DNA from: Bacillota bacterium
GTDB taxonomy: Bacteria > Bacillota > Sulfobacillia > JAMCWA01
Reading direction: 5' to 3'
Assembly (NCBI GenBank): GCA_023475165.1
Contig: JAMCWA010000088.1
Location: 2,298-66,297, forward strand
DNA: 64,000 bases
The notes under the pieces were generated by a model. That model did not search any database and was not told where the DNA came from. It saw nothing but the letters and a program-made list of their open reading frames with translations. Of this stretch, positions 1-10,397 are shown piece after piece; the first letter of the stretch is position 1, and each line of letters starts with the position of its first letter. A program made the position numbers and the translations under genes.

Positions 1-1694
1 TCCCCTTTCGCTACATACCGCGGCCACCATTTGGCTCCCGGATCAAGCCGTTGGCCAATCTCGAGTACCTGATCGAGGCTAAGATAGTGCGGTGGAAGAA
101 GCGGTTTCATGATTGTGTCGAAGCCGTCGACCACCCACCAGCCGGCGCTTTGTTGATTCCGGAGGTAGGACGACCCGCCGTCGCTGGGATAGTAGCTCAA
201 CAAAACATCCTGGCCGTATTCACCCTTCCCCTCCGATGAGCGGCCGCCGTTTTGTGGATCCCCCTGCAGCTTCAGGATAACGTCGTAACGTTCGCCTTGC
301 CCGCCTGGCGCCGACCCGTTGTCAGGGACGTACTTAGCCCGCGCCAGCGCTGACTTGACGTTTTCTACCAGCGCCTGATCAGTCGTCGTTTTTTGTCCAC
401 CAGATGGTCCCCGGACCTCGACGGCGATGACCCTTTGTAGATCAGCGGGGCTAACGAGCGCGGCCTCCTGAGGGCTTTGTACCGAGCCTGACTTGTCCTT
501 ACCTGGGACTGCCCCGTTATCTGCTCCCAGTTTGGCTCCGCCGCCAGAGGAGCCCTTGGTGCTGGCGGCCGAGGGTTGGCTGGCTCCAGTAGGCCATAAC
601 CAGGCGCCACCGGCCCGGGCGTTGGTCAGGGCCACTACGGATACGATTACTGCCGTAAGGAGTCCAATTACCGTCCATTTCAGCGAACGTTTCTTCCACA
701 AGGTGACCATGGTAATCCTCCTGGGATTGAGAGACTTACTGCCCGAAATGCCGACCAGGCCGGGAAGCTGCGGGGGTTGTGAGGTTAGCTCCAACAGGCT
801 GATGATGGTCTGCCCGTACTCCCTGATCCTTTCTGGTTGAAGGCGAGCGAGGACAAGGGCATCACAGGACAGTTCCTGATCTTCTTGCATCCGGTAAAAG
901 CCGTAAGAGATGATCGGGTTGAACCAGTGAACCACTTGCAGCCCCGTGGTCAGCAAATTCAGAGCGACATCGTGCCTTTTTAAATGAGCGAGTTCGTGCA
1001 AAAAGACATGCCGCAATTGCTCGGTATTCAATTTTCTTGCTAAGTCCGCCGGCACCAGCAAACGGGGCCGCACGACTCCGTAGAGCACCGGGCTGTGCAG
1101 TGCGTCGGTTTCGAGGAGGGTGACATCCCTTCTTACCCCCATTTGCTTCTTGCAGTCAGCGAAAACCTCGTGGATCAGTGAGTTGCCTACCGGACGGGCC
1201 AGTTTCATCTTGGCATAGAAATTACATTGGATCGTGGTGATCCGGATAGCCATGAGCGCTGCCCCAGCCAGCCAGACCCCAAAAAGGATCAACCCCACTC
1301 CTTCGGATTGAACCGGGCGGGAAGGTTCCCCCGGCGTGATCTGGCTTACCGGGGCGGCATCCTGGCCCGGGCCTCCAGCTGGTGCCCATTCCGCTGGCAA
1401 TCCGTCGGGCTGACTGTTGCTGGTCAAATTGGCTTCGGAACCAAGCGACAAGGAAACGGCACCGGACGGAGCGATTAATTTTGCCGGAAGGAGATTATAA
1501 AGGCTAAAGAAGCTTGCCGGCAAGGTGGGGAGCGCCAGGCGGACGATGAGGAGAAACCAGATGTAATAATGCCATCTGGCTTCGAGCTTGTCCCTAAAAA
1601 GGTGTTTGAATGCCAATATCAGGCCAATCAGGAGACTGGCCATGATTGAGGACGATACCACCAAATTGAACAGCTCTAAGAAAGTACGGGCCAT
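1..1694 (-). CDS. BlaR1-family M56 zinc metallopeptidase / signal-transducing antirepressor (partial, 3' end beyond window start)
   Basis: Minus-strand frame is open from the ATG at 1694 to the window edge, so it is missing from the ORF track (no stop inside the window). N-terminal TM helices. HELAHLKRHD (HExxH) motif encoded near 1000-1060. Lies 4 nt downstream of the blaI-like gene. C-terminal part is Gly/Ser-rich and not PBP-like. Confidence 0.7.
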   Translation of the reverse strand, partial: MARTFLELFNLVVSSSIMASLLIGLILAFKHLFRDKLEARWHYYIWFLLIVRLALPTLPASFFSLYNLLPAKLIAPSGAVSLSLGSEANLTSNSQPDGLPAEWAPAGGPGQDAAPVSQITPGEPSRPVQSEGVGLILFGVWLAGAALMAIRITTIQCNFYAKMKLARPVGNSLIHEVFADCKKQMGVRRDVTLLETDALHSPVLYGVVRPRLLVPADLARKLNTEQLRHVFLHELAHLKRHDVALNLLTTGLQVVHWFNPIISYGFYRMQEDQELSCDALVLARLQPERIREYGQTIISLLELTSQPPQLPGLVGISGSKSLNPRRITMVTLWKKRSLKWTVIGLLTAVIVSVVALTNARAGGAWLWPTGASQPSAASTKGSSGGGAKLGADNGAVPGKDKSGSVQSPQEAALVSPADLQRVIAVEVRGPSGGQKTTTDQALVENVKSALARAKYVPDNGSAPGGQGERYDVILKLQGDPQNGGRSSEGKGEYGQDVLLSYYPSDGGSSYLRNQQSAGWWVVDGFDTIMKPLLPPHYLSLDQVLEIGQRLDPGAKWWPRYVAKG

Positions 1695-1697
1695 CGC

Positions 1698-2072
1698 TCA
1701 CCCCTTCTTTCCGTCAAGGAGGCGCTTCAACTCTTCGATTTCTTGAGCAGTAAGTTTCTCATCTTGCAAGAAATTTACTAACATGGGCTTCAAAGCACCG
1801 CCGTAAACCCGCGCCAGAAAGAAACGATTTTCTACTTTAAGACATTCCGCCTGGCTGACCAGGGGATGATAGTAATAGATCCGGTTGACCTCCTGAAAGC
1901 CGATGACCTTCTTCTTAACCAACCTGCTGATCAGGGTTCTGACGGTATTCGGTTTCCACTGCCTGGATTCCGCTAAAGCTTCAATAATCTGATTGGCGGT
2001 AACGGGTGCCTTTGACCATAACACTCTCATGACTTCCCATTCCGCCTCCGAGATGCGGGGGATTTCCCTCAT
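1698..2072 (-). CDS. blaI: BlaI/MecI/CopY-family winged-helix transcriptional repressor
   Basis: Start moved to the internal ATG (MREIPRISEAEWEVMRVLW...), the typical BlaI N-terminus. ~124 aa. Immediately upstream of the M56 gene in operon arrangement. Confidence 0.75.
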   Translation of the reverse strand: MREIPRISEAEWEVMRVLWSKAPVTANQIIEALAESRQWKPNTVRTLISRLVKKKVIGFQEVNRIYYYHPLVSQAECLKVENRFFLARVYGGALKPMLVNFLQDEKLTAQEIEELKRLLDGKKG

Positions 2073-2084
2073 AGGCGACCTCCT

Positions 2085-2130
2085 CACCACACTACGTTTG
2101 TAGTTGCAACCCAATACTACATCTGTAGGT
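2085..2130. promoter_or_regulatory. Two BlaI-type operator palindromes (ACTAC-GTTT-GTAGT and TACA-TC-TGTA) directly upstream of blaI
   Basis: Inverted repeats of the TACA/TGTA type read directly in the sequence at 2088-2101 and 2115-2128. Confidence 0.45.
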
Positions 2131-2427
2131 GCTATCTGTCAAACGAAATATTTTCCAAAAAGGAGACCTAAGGGGGCGAACTATATATGCGGCCCTCACC
2201 GTATGTCGTCCTTTAGTGCGGTTCTTCGAGGTAACTCGCATGGGATGTGGCGGAGGTGGGGGCCACTTCATTTGATGATGAATTCGGTTATTGAATGGAA
2301 ACGACAGGTAGGGTATCATAGAAATGGTCGGCACTTGCGGACTATCGTCGAAACGATTTTTTGCTCGTAGAAACGGTTAGGGGTTGGATGCTGGACGCCA
2401 GCCACCTATCCTCATACGGAGGCTTTT

Positions 2428-3366
2428 ATGAGTGACTATGCAATTCGTACGGACAATCTGACACGCGATTTTGGCAAAGTGCGAGCGGTAGATCACCTTA
2501 CTCTGGAAGTACCTAGGGGAACAATCTTCGGCTTCTTGGGGCCCAATGGGGCCGGCAAGACGACGACGATCCGTCTCTTGTTGGGCCTGCTGGAGCCGAC
2601 CAACGGGCGGGCTCAGGTGCTTGGTTTCGATACGCGGACGGAGGCTGATGAGATTCGCGGGCGGACAGGAGCTTTGCTGGAACACCCGGGCCTCTATGAG
2701 CGGTTGAGCGCCGAAGACAACCTGGAGTTTTACGGGCGCATCTGGCACCTGCCGGTCGGCGAGCGACGGGCTCGCCTCAGAGAACTGCTCACCCATCTAG
2801 GCTTATGGGAACGACGCAAGGAAGCCGTCGGTTCCTGGAGCCGGGGGATGAAGCAGAAACTGGCCGTGGCCCGCGCCCTTTTGCACCGTCCGTCCCTCAT
2901 TTTCCTGGATGAGCCGACGGCGGGCCTGGACCCGGTGGCGGCGGCGTCTTTGCGGGAGGATCTGGCGGCCCTGGCCAGTCGCGAGGGAGTGACGGTCTTT
3001 CTTACCACCCACAACCTGGCTGAGGCGGAAAAGCTCTGCGGGCAGGTGGCAGTGATTCGGCAGGGGAAGTTGCTGGCCGTCGGGCACCCGGACGGGCTGC
3101 GGTCGAGAAACGGTGCGCCGAAGGTGGAGATTGTTGGGCGCGGGTTCAGCGAGGGGACGCTGACCTTGCTGCGGGCGCAACCGGAGGTGGCTGACGCGCA
3201 CCTACGCAACGGGCGCCTGCTAATCGACCTGAAGGGAGAAGTAGATATCGCGCCTTTGGTCAGTCTGATCGTGACTTCGGGGGCCGCGGTGGAAGAGGTA
3301 CGCAAGGACAAGGCCAGCCTGGAAGAGGTCTTCCTGCGGCTGATGGAGGAGGAGGAGCGAGAATGA
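2428..3366 (+). CDS. ABC transporter ATP-binding protein (ABC-2 exporter type)
   Basis: Walker A GPNGAGKTT, signature SRGMKQKLAVARAL, Walker B IFLDEPTAGLD. RBS ACGGAGG before ATG. Confidence 0.9.
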   Translation: MSDYAIRTDNLTRDFGKVRAVDHLTLEVPRGTIFGFLGPNGAGKTTTIRLLLGLLEPTNGRAQVLGFDTRTEADEIRGRTGALLEHPGLYERLSAEDNLEFYGRIWHLPVGERRARLRELLTHLGLWERRKEAVGSWSRGMKQKLAVARALLHRPSLIFLDEPTAGLDPVAAASLREDLAALASREGVTVFLTTHNLAEAEKLCGQVAVIRQGKLLAVGHPDGLRSRNGAPKVEIVGRGFSEGTLTLLRAQPEVADAHLRNGRLLIDLKGEVDIAPLVSLIVTSGAAVEEVRKDKASLEEVFLRLMEEEERE

Positions 3367-4106
3367 TGGCTGATCTATGGACAGTGGTATGGAAAGAGTG
3401 GAAGGAATGGCTTTTCCGGTGGGGAGGCCTACGCAAAGAAGGAGGACTGCTCGGGGTACTGGTCTTCGCCGGTGTTTTTGGCGTTTTTTTGCCGCTGCAG
3501 ATGGGGCTGGGCTGGGTGGATTCGCCGGCGGCCCTGTCCTATTGGGCGTGGGTACCGTTGTTTCTGGTGACGACCGTCATTGCTGACTCCTTTGCCGGGG
3601 AAAGGGAGCGACACACGCTGGAAACATTGCTGGCCAGTCGCCTGCCGGACCGGGCCATTCTCTTGGGCAAGGTGCTAGCCGCGGTGGGATATAGTTGGGG
3701 ATTGACGATGGCCAGCCTGATTCTAGGACTCGTGACCGTAAACCTGGCCCATGGTCAGGGTACTCTTGTGCTCTACCCCGCTAAAGTAGGCTGGGGCATC
3801 GTGGTCTTTAGCCTGCTGGTAGCTACCCTGGCCGCCGGTGCCGGGGTGCTCGTGTCTATGCGGGCAGCGACCGTTAAACAGGCCCAGCAGGTCCTGAGCA
3901 TTGGCATAATGCTGCTGGCGTTCGTCCCGATCTTTGGCCTCCGGGCCTTGCCTGTTGAATGGAGGGTACGTCTGGCCCAGACCCTGGGGGCCGCCGGTGT
4001 GAACAAGGTTTTACTCATCGTGCTCGCAGTTCTCATAGTGTTAGATCTTGGCCTTCTTATGGCGGCAATGGCCCGGTTCCGACGGGCGAAGCTGCTCTCG
4101 GACTGA
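3363..4106 (+). CDS. ABC-2 family transporter permease
   Basis: Overlaps the ATPase stop by 4 nt (ATGA). ~6 predicted hydrophobic helices. Confidence 0.7.
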   Translation: MMADLWTVVWKEWKEWLFRWGGLRKEGGLLGVLVFAGVFGVFLPLQMGLGWVDSPAALSYWAWVPLFLVTTVIADSFAGERERHTLETLLASRLPDRAILLGKVLAAVGYSWGLTMASLILGLVTVNLAHGQGTLVLYPAKVGWGIVVFSLLVATLAAGAGVLVSMRAATVKQAQQVLSIGIMLLAFVPIFGLRALPVEWRVRLAQTLGAAGVNKVLLIVLAVLIVLDLGLLMAAMARFRRAKLLSD

Positions 4107-4238
4107 ACTGGCAACAAGGCTTCAAAACGGGGCGCACTAACTGGTACGTTGAGTGGTACGTTGAGTAAGGAGCTGCCAGAGCGATACCGCAGATGGGTGT
4201 TTTTCAGTGGTCTCTTGGCGAAATGAGGAGATTCAATT

Positions 4239-5540
4239 CTAGACCCTGGGCATTCCCTGGCTAGCGGCGGCCCGGATTATCTCTACCACCAATTGGGCCG
4301 CCTTCGCCATGTCGGACAGGGAAATGTGCTCGCCGTGGGTGTGTTCGCCCTGCATCCCCAGACCGAGGTTGAGGGTTTGGAGGCCATGCTCGTTGAAGAT
4401 GTTGGCGTCGCTACCGCCACCGCGAGTCACCAGCTCGGCTTGGAGAGCGGACCGTTTCGCCGCCGTCTGAAAAAGCTGGACCACCGGGGCTTCTGGCGGA
4501 ATGGCAAAGCGGTGGTAATCGATTTCCCAGCGCATCTCGACCGTGGCTTCGGCAGCTTGCGCCGTCTCCCGGAAGATCCGCCTGATCTCTTCCAGAAGCT
4601 CTTTTACCCGTTCTTCCCTCATACTGCGCACCTCACCTTGCATCTCCACCAGGTCGGGGACGATGTTGGTGGCTTTTCCCCCCTTGATTAGGCCGATGCT
4701 GACCGTTGTCTCCGGATCGATGCGCCCCATGGGGATTTGAGTGATGGATTGGGCGGCCACGGCGATGGCATTCACCCCCTTCTCTGGCTCCACACCAGCG
4801 TGGGCGGCGCGGCCGTGGACGGTGATGGTAAAATCGGCCTCTGTCGGGGCTTTGACGACGGCAGTACCCGGGCGATCCCCCGAATCCAACACGTAGCCCA
4901 TCCGGCTTTGGAGTTTACCGAAGTCCAGATGCTTGGCTCCCAGGAGCCCGATCTCTTCGCCCACGGTGGCCACGATCTCCACCGGACCATGGGGGAAGCC
5001 CGCTTCCTTGATCACCCGGAGGGCCTCGAGCAGGATGGCCATACCGGCCCGGTCGTCGGCCCCGAGGATGGTCTGGCCATCGCTGGAAATGATATCCCCT
5101 TTCACCTGCGGTTTTAGTCCGGCGGTCGGCTCTACGGTATCCAGATGACAGGAAAAGAATAAAGAAGGGGCGGCCAGTTCCGAAGAGAAAATGGGCTTCC
5201 TTGGCCGGCCTTTCCTAGAGGCCGGGGACTCAGAATTCAGCTGAGCCAGTTGGCCCTCTCTTCCCATAGTCTCCTCCTCGCTGGCAAAATTCGGCGAGTC
5301 GACTGGTTCAGGGAAATTAGGGGCTCGTCCCTCGTCTCCCTCGGGATGAGCCGGCCAGAAGGCGATGAGGTTGTCGGTGTTCGACCCGACCTTTTCTCCC
5401 GCTGCATCAAACTCTACGGTAAGGCCCAGGTCCTCCAGTTTTCGCCGGAGGACCGCCGCCACTTCGGACTCCCGCCGTGAGGGGCCATCGACGGTCACCA
5501 GTTCCAAAAAATCTTTCAACAAGCGGTCTCGATTGATCAC
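4239..5540 (-). CDS. M20 family metallopeptidase, peptidase T (PepT)-like, with a ~55-aa low-complexity insertion
   Basis: CHLDTV, ILGADDRAG, GEEIGLLGAKHL and HGRAAHAG motifs typical of M20/PepT. Inserted Pro/Glu/Ser-rich segment between the NLIAFWP and FFSCHLDTV blocks. Confidence 0.7.
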   Translation of the reverse strand: MINRDRLLKDFLELVTVDGPSRRESEVAAVLRRKLEDLGLTVEFDAAGEKVGSNTDNLIAFWPAHPEGDEGRAPNFPEPVDSPNFASEEETMGREGQLAQLNSESPASRKGRPRKPIFSSELAAPSLFFSCHLDTVEPTAGLKPQVKGDIISSDGQTILGADDRAGMAILLEALRVIKEAGFPHGPVEIVATVGEEIGLLGAKHLDFGKLQSRMGYVLDSGDRPGTAVVKAPTEADFTITVHGRAAHAGVEPEKGVNAIAVAAQSITQIPMGRIDPETTVSIGLIKGGKATNIVPDLVEMQGEVRSMREERVKELLEEIRRIFRETAQAAEATVEMRWEIDYHRFAIPPEAPVVQLFQTAAKRSALQAELVTRGGGSDANIFNEHGLQTLNLGLGMQGEHTHGEHISLSDMAKAAQLVVEIIRAAASQGMPRV

Positions 5541-5845
5541 CGTTTAACCTCCTTAGACCTTCGCGACTAACCCCCTCTCGGCACGGGGGTCACCTGGTTG
5601 ATAAGTCGTTGTAATGTGCTGGGTATAAGTGTCGCCCCTTCTCCTCAGGCTGAGTTTCGGGGTTTTTCGTCAGACGTTCCCCCACTTCCTATTATTGCCC
5701 TCGCCGACGGTTTCTTTTCCGATTTTAGTGGCGAGTTTAGGCCGGGCTTTTCTTATTGGGATTTAGAAGAAGGATAAGAGCCAACGGGTGTAGTATTACA
5801 GATTGCGTGATTTAAGAACGGGCTTGGGACTGCGAGGAATATGAA

Positions 5846-7735
5846 ATGAAGCCTAACAAAACCGAAGAGCTTTTGGCCCACGGAAGGCAACTAATGGATG
5901 GAGGGGATTTTCAAGGGGCGGCGCAGGATTTTGCCGCCTGTTTGGAGGAGGAAGACACGATCACCGCTCGCAACAACCTGGCCATTTCCCTCTTTATGGG
6001 TGGCCAAGCGGAGCGCGCCCTGGAAATCCTCGAACCGGCCTGGAACGCCGCAGAAGAAGACAGACGAGCCAATCCCTTTACCTACGCCACAGCGGCCAGA
6101 TGTTGTGCGGCCTTAGGGCGGAAGGAAGAGGCCCGGCAATGGCTGAACGAGGCCATACAGAACTTCGATAAAGGGTTGGAGGGGTTTTCGCGCCTTTTGC
6201 TTCAGCCTCCCATATTCTATCGCGAATACACGGTGAGCATTATGCGGGCGGCGGCTGATGTGAGTGACGACCGCGAGGTGTTTGAGCTTTACCGCCGCTG
6301 GGAGAGCGAGCATGTCTCCTGGGAAAACAGGCATATGGCGGCGGTGGCCTGCTTTAATCTTGGCCGCTACAAAAGGGCAGCTGGCCTCTGGTCTTCCATA
6401 GCCCAGGTAAACCGGTCATTTGCCGATATGCAGCGCGTGGCCTTTTTGGCCGAACGCGGGGCCATCCCACCGTTTACCATGGGCTATGGGGCTTATACTC
6501 CAGAGGAGGTCCAAGCAATTGTCAAGAGCATCGCCTACGACAAAGAGGCGCGACGCCGCTACTTCCAGGACGGTTACGTCTTGATGATCCTCTTGTCCTA
6601 TATCCTCAACGAACGGCGCGAAGAAAAGAAGATGGCCGAGATGGTCACTCGTTCTCTGATAGTTTACGGGGGCGAGTGGGGGAAGGAACTGGGACAAAGA
6701 ATACTGACCTCTCCCAGCTACTCCCTGGAGGCAAAAATGAGAGCCGCCCAAGCCCTCGTCGAGTTGGGGGTATTGAAGGAAGAAGAACCGGTGGAAATAT
6801 TGGTCGACGGAGAAAAGCACGTGGTGGAGTTCAAGAGAACAGAACTGGTTTTTGGCCCGGACAAAGAGCAAGATGCCATAGTAGATAAGGCCTATGAACT
6901 CCAGCGCAAGGGGTTTACCGAGGCCGGTATTGAGCTTTTGCGAGGCTTACAACAAAAGGATAGGATAACCTTCCGGGCGATGATGGCTCTGGCCAATCTC
7001 CTTCGCTCCAAGAAACGCTTGGATGAGGCGCTGGAGATAATGTCCTTTCTGGAGGAGCTGGCCCCGAAAGATCCGGTGGTCCTCTTTAATTACGCCGCCC
7101 TGTTGCTGCAAATGGGCAAAAAGGATGAAGCCCGTTCCTATTTGGGGAAGATCGATAGGAAAGGGTTGGGAGAGGATTTCCTTAAGAAGTTGAAGTGGTT
7201 GGAGATACAGTTGGAAGAGTTCATCCCGTCCATCCGAGCGGTGGAAGAAGCCGTTGCTTTACAGCAAGAAGAAGCGCGGAGGAGGATAGAAGAAAAACCA
7301 CTCCCCGTTGATCCCTCCTGCCGGCGCGGCCTAAAGAACATGCCCGCCAACTGGCTGGACGCCGCCTGTTTCGAATACGACCTCGAACCCGCCCGGCTTA
7401 GAAGTGAGCGCGAACGGCAGTTGGCCGAGCATCTTTCTTCCCGTGACAATATGAGAAGGATCGTCGCCGAACTGGATCAAGAGGAGCAGGGACTTCTCAA
7501 TTTTCTGCTGGAAAAGGGCGGCTGGAGCCGGTTGAACGTAGTTACGCGCAAGTTCGGCCCTCTGCAAGGCGATGGATTTTCCTGGGAAGAACTAGGACCG
7601 AAATCTCTCCTCGGGCGACTTTGGCTGAAAGGGCTGGTTATGGTCGGGAAGGCCAACCTTGCCGGGCGCCAGGCTCGAATCTCCACCATACCGGTGGAGT
7701 TGCGGCCGCTCCTGCGGGAGATCTTTACCAATTGA
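5846..7735 (+). CDS. Tetratricopeptide (TPR) repeat protein, function unknown
   Basis: 629-aa ORF with repeated Ala/Leu-rich helical-pair TPR-like units at N- and C-termini. RBS GCGAGGAAT before ATG. Confidence 0.55.
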   Translation: MKPNKTEELLAHGRQLMDGGDFQGAAQDFAACLEEEDTITARNNLAISLFMGGQAERALEILEPAWNAAEEDRRANPFTYATAARCCAALGRKEEARQWLNEAIQNFDKGLEGFSRLLLQPPIFYREYTVSIMRAAADVSDDREVFELYRRWESEHVSWENRHMAAVACFNLGRYKRAAGLWSSIAQVNRSFADMQRVAFLAERGAIPPFTMGYGAYTPEEVQAIVKSIAYDKEARRRYFQDGYVLMILLSYILNERREEKKMAEMVTRSLIVYGGEWGKELGQRILTSPSYSLEAKMRAAQALVELGVLKEEEPVEILVDGEKHVVEFKRTELVFGPDKEQDAIVDKAYELQRKGFTEAGIELLRGLQQKDRITFRAMMALANLLRSKKRLDEALEIMSFLEELAPKDPVVLFNYAALLLQMGKKDEARSYLGKIDRKGLGEDFLKKLKWLEIQLEEFIPSIRAVEEAVALQQEEARRRIEEKPLPVDPSCRRGLKNMPANWLDAACFEYDLEPARLRSERERQLAEHLSSRDNMRRIVAELDQEEQGLLNFLLEKGGWSRLNVVTRKFGPLQGDGFSWEELGPKSLLGRLWLKGLVMVGKANLAGRQARISTIPVELRPLLREIFTN

Positions 7736-7839
7736 ACGGTTCTTCATAGAAGATGGCTGAGCCAGTGGCGGCCAGCAGGCAAATTGGGTCAAGACCATGA
7801 GCAAACGCCCTGGAAGCGTATGGAAGAGTAACATTGGGT

Positions 7840-7869
7840 AATTCACGAGGGTTCGTGTATGCCGAGGCC
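7840..7869. repeat. Copy 1 of a ~30-bp direct repeat AATTCACGAGGG-N4-TGTATGCCGAGGCC
   Basis: Identical 12-nt and 14-nt arms shared with 21088-21117. Lies ~80 nt 5' of the B12 riboswitch. Confidence 0.6.
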
Positions 7870-7949
7870 ACAGGAGATCACCAAAAAGGCTTGCCACCTT
7901 CTACCGAGTGTGATACACTTACCCTAAACAGGATGACAAATGCATATTT

Positions 7950-8150
7950 TAACAGGTGCCTTCCGGGCCACGGAACTTCTGGGCGCGGAAGGAGAATAGG
8001 GAATCGGGTGAGAGTCCCGAGCGGTCCCGCCACTGTAACCGGGGAGCCGGCTTGCGATATCCCACTGTGAATCCTGCTATGGGGGCAGGCAAAACGGGAA
8101 GGGGTAAGCCAGGCGATAATCCGGAAGCCAGGAGACCTGCCTGTTAAATG
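7950..8150 (+). promoter_or_regulatory. Cobalamin (AdoCbl) riboswitch aptamer
   Basis: Conserved core TAGGGAATCGGGTGAGAGTCCCGAGCGGTCCCGCCACTGTAACCGGGGAGC, then CCCACTG (B12 box) and GGGAAGGGG, read directly in the sequence. Confidence 0.85.
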
Positions 8151-8208
8151 GTATCGGCAGCCTTCGGAGGAGAGGCGCGGTGCGTCGCAATTCGTTTTTG
8201 CGAATCCA

Positions 8209-8252
8209 ACCCCAGCCTTATCGAGGCTGGGGTTTTGTGTTTTTGCTTTTTA
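8209..8252 (+). terminator. Intrinsic terminator (riboswitch expression platform)
   Basis: CCCCAGCC-ttatcgag-GGCTGGGG stem followed by TTTTGTGTTTTTGCTTTTT. Confidence 0.75.
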
Positions 8253-8300
8253 GTGGCTTCATTCTATAACTCCAGGTATTCAGCTCCAAGGAGGAAGGTT

Positions 8301-10397
8301 ATGGCCTGGGATTTTGTCTTTCCCTTTTCGGCCATAGTGGGCCAAGAAAAGGTAAAACTGGCCTTATTACTCAATGCCGTCAACCCCCGCCTTAGCGGTG
8401 TACTGCTCAAGGGACAAAAAGGAACGGCTAAATCAAGCATTGCCCGTTCTTTATCCAGGCTACTCCCACCGATTAACGTCGTTGATGGCTGCCGCTTTAA
8501 CTGTGATCCATCAGCTAAGGACCTGTGCCCGGAATGTGAAGAGCGATTGGCCAGCGAGGGGGCGCTTCCAGCGGTTCTACGGCCGGCCAACTTCGTTGAC
8601 TTCCCGGTCTCCGCCACTGAGGACAGGGTAGTAGGAAGCTTAGATTTGCAGGCGGCCATAAAACAGGGACGAAGGTACTTTGAACCGGGGATCCTGGCCA
8701 AGGCTCACCGGGGCGTGTTATACATCGATGAAGTCAACCTCTTAGACGACCATCTCGTTGATATTATCCTCGATGCGGCGGCCAGTGGCGAGAACGTAGT
8801 CGAACGGGAAGGTGTTTCTTTCAGACACGCGGCCCAGTTTGTTCTCATCGGAAGTATGAACCCCGAGGAAGGTGATTTGCGCCCGCAACTCGTTGACCGG
8901 TTTGGTTTGTGTGTTAACGTAGAGAATTTATCTGATCCTGATTGGCGAGTTGAAGTGATGCGGCGCCGGGAGGCTTTTGATTCAGACCCGATGAGCTTTT
9001 GCCGGGACTGGGAAACGGCGGAAGCAGCAATCAGGGAAAGGATATTAAATGCCAGGCGCCTTCTTCCAAGGGTCAATATGCCGGCACCGTTGCGCCGACT
9101 GGCTACCGATTTGTGTCTCCAAGCAAACGTTGCTGGGCTGCGCGGCGACATTCTTCTCCAGTCAACGGCGCGGACCATTGCCGCTTGGGCGGGGCGCGCC
9201 GAGGTTCAGGCTGATGATGTATATCTTGCCGCTGAATTTGTGCTGGTCCACCGCGCCGGAATGACTCCTCCTCCGCCGCCGCCAGCAGAGGCGGAAGCGC
9301 CTCAAGATGAGCCCGATAAACCGTACTCTGATGACCCAAAGGCGCAGTCTGAACAGTGGAGTAACCGGCGGACCTTGCCGCCGACGTCCCAAAACCACGT
9401 GCAGGACGACGGTCAGAAACGGCAAGAACCGGTGGGCGATCCTGATAGTTCGCCGCAGACGGAAACACCTTCGGAGACACCAGCTTCCTCACCAATTAAT
9501 GCCAAGGACGGTCGGCAATCCACCTTTGAGGTGGGCACCCCGTTCCCAGTCCAACGAATCTATGCCCGCAAGGACCGTGTTTACAGGAAGGGTTCTGGAA
9601 GACGGTCAAGAACCCGTACGTCCAACAAACAGGGGCGATATGTGCGGGCAACGATGGAAAGGAAAAACCATGACCTCGCTCTTGATGCTACCATAAGGGC
9701 TGCCGCGCCTTACCAAAAGGCCAGAGAGAAAAAGGGGCTGGCCATCTCTATCCAGGAAAGTGATCTGAGAGAGAAGGTACGCGAAAAGAGGGTGGGCAAC
9801 CTCCTCGTCTTCGTGGTCGACGCTTCTGGTTCGATGGGTGCTGAGAGACGAATGGTGGAGACCAAAGGGGCTATTCTGTCCTTATTGCTTGATGCCTATC
9901 AAAAGAGAGACCGGGTGGGATTAGTGGCTTTCCGCGGTAAAGAGGCGAAAGTTCTCCTACCGCCGACCAATAGCGTTGAATTGGCCCAAAAACTGCTGAA
10001 AGATTTACCAACTGGCGGACGTACCCCTTTAGCCGCCGGCCTAATCAAAGGGTATGACGTTATTTCCCAATACCTTAAGAAGGACTGTGACATCACGCCC
10101 ATTTTGATCCTGATCTCTGACGGTAATGCCAACGTCTCGTGTGGGGAAGGCCCCCCTCTCCAAGAAGTGATGAAAATAGCTCAGCGCCTAGGCGAGGACA
10201 GCCGAGTGAATTATCTGGTTATCGATGTGGAAAAAAAGGGCCTCCTTTCCTTCGGCTTATCCCGTGAAATAGCGGCGCGTCTTGGAGCCCTATATTTTAG
10301 CTTGGAGGACCTGCGGGCGGAAAACCTGGTAGCGTCCGTCCAGTTGGGGCGATCCGTGTTTCATGACATTAGCGCGTACGGAGGGATGAATAATTGA
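8301..10397 (+). CDS. Mg/Co-chelatase D-type subunit (ChlD/BchD-like: AAA+ domain plus C-terminal vWA/MIDAS domain)
   Basis: Start moved to ATG 8301 ([17 protein letters not shown], parallel to the ChlI N-terminus; RBS AGGAGGAAGG). P-loop GQKGTAKS. C-terminal [15 protein letters not shown] motif. Pro-rich linker between the two domains. Confidence 0.85.
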   Translation: MAWDFVFPFSAIVGQEKVKLALLLNAVNPRLSGVLLKGQKGTAKSSIARSLSRLLPPINVVDGCRFNCDPSAKDLCPECEERLASEGALPAVLRPANFVDFPVSATEDRVVGSLDLQAAIKQGRRYFEPGILAKAHRGVLYIDEVNLLDDHLVDIILDAAASGENVVEREGVSFRHAAQFVLIGSMNPEEGDLRPQLVDRFGLCVNVENLSDPDWRVEVMRRREAFDSDPMSFCRDWETAEAAIRERILNARRLLPRVNMPAPLRRLATDLCLQANVAGLRGDILLQSTARTIAAWAGRAEVQADDVYLAAEFVLVHRAGMTPPPPPPAEAEAPQDEPDKPYSDDPKAQSEQWSNRRTLPPTSQNHVQDDGQKRQEPVGDPDSSPQTETPSETPASSPINAKDGRQSTFEVGTPFPVQRIYARKDRVYRKGSGRRSRTRTSNKQGRYVRATMERKNHDLALDATIRAAAPYQKAREKKGLAISIQESDLREKVREKRVGNLLVFVVDASGSMGAERRMVETKGAILSLLLDAYQKRDRVGLVAFRGKEAKVLLPPTNSVELAQKLLKDLPTGGRTPLAAGLIKGYDVISQYLKKDCDITPILILISDGNANVSCGEGPPLQEVMKIAQRLGEDSRVNYLVIDVEKKGLLSFGLSREIAARLGALYFSLEDLRAENLVASVQLGRSVFHDISAYGGMNN

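Noticed and set aside
2730-3311. 193-aa and 132-aa minus-strand ORFs within the ABC ATPase gene
   Set aside because: Antisense to Walker A/B-containing gene. Arg/Ser-rich nonsense translation.
4140-4168. 12-bp tandem TGGTACGTTGAG x2 in the convergent gap after the ABC-2 permease
   Set aside because: Too short and isolated to interpret. Probably a trivial slippage duplication.
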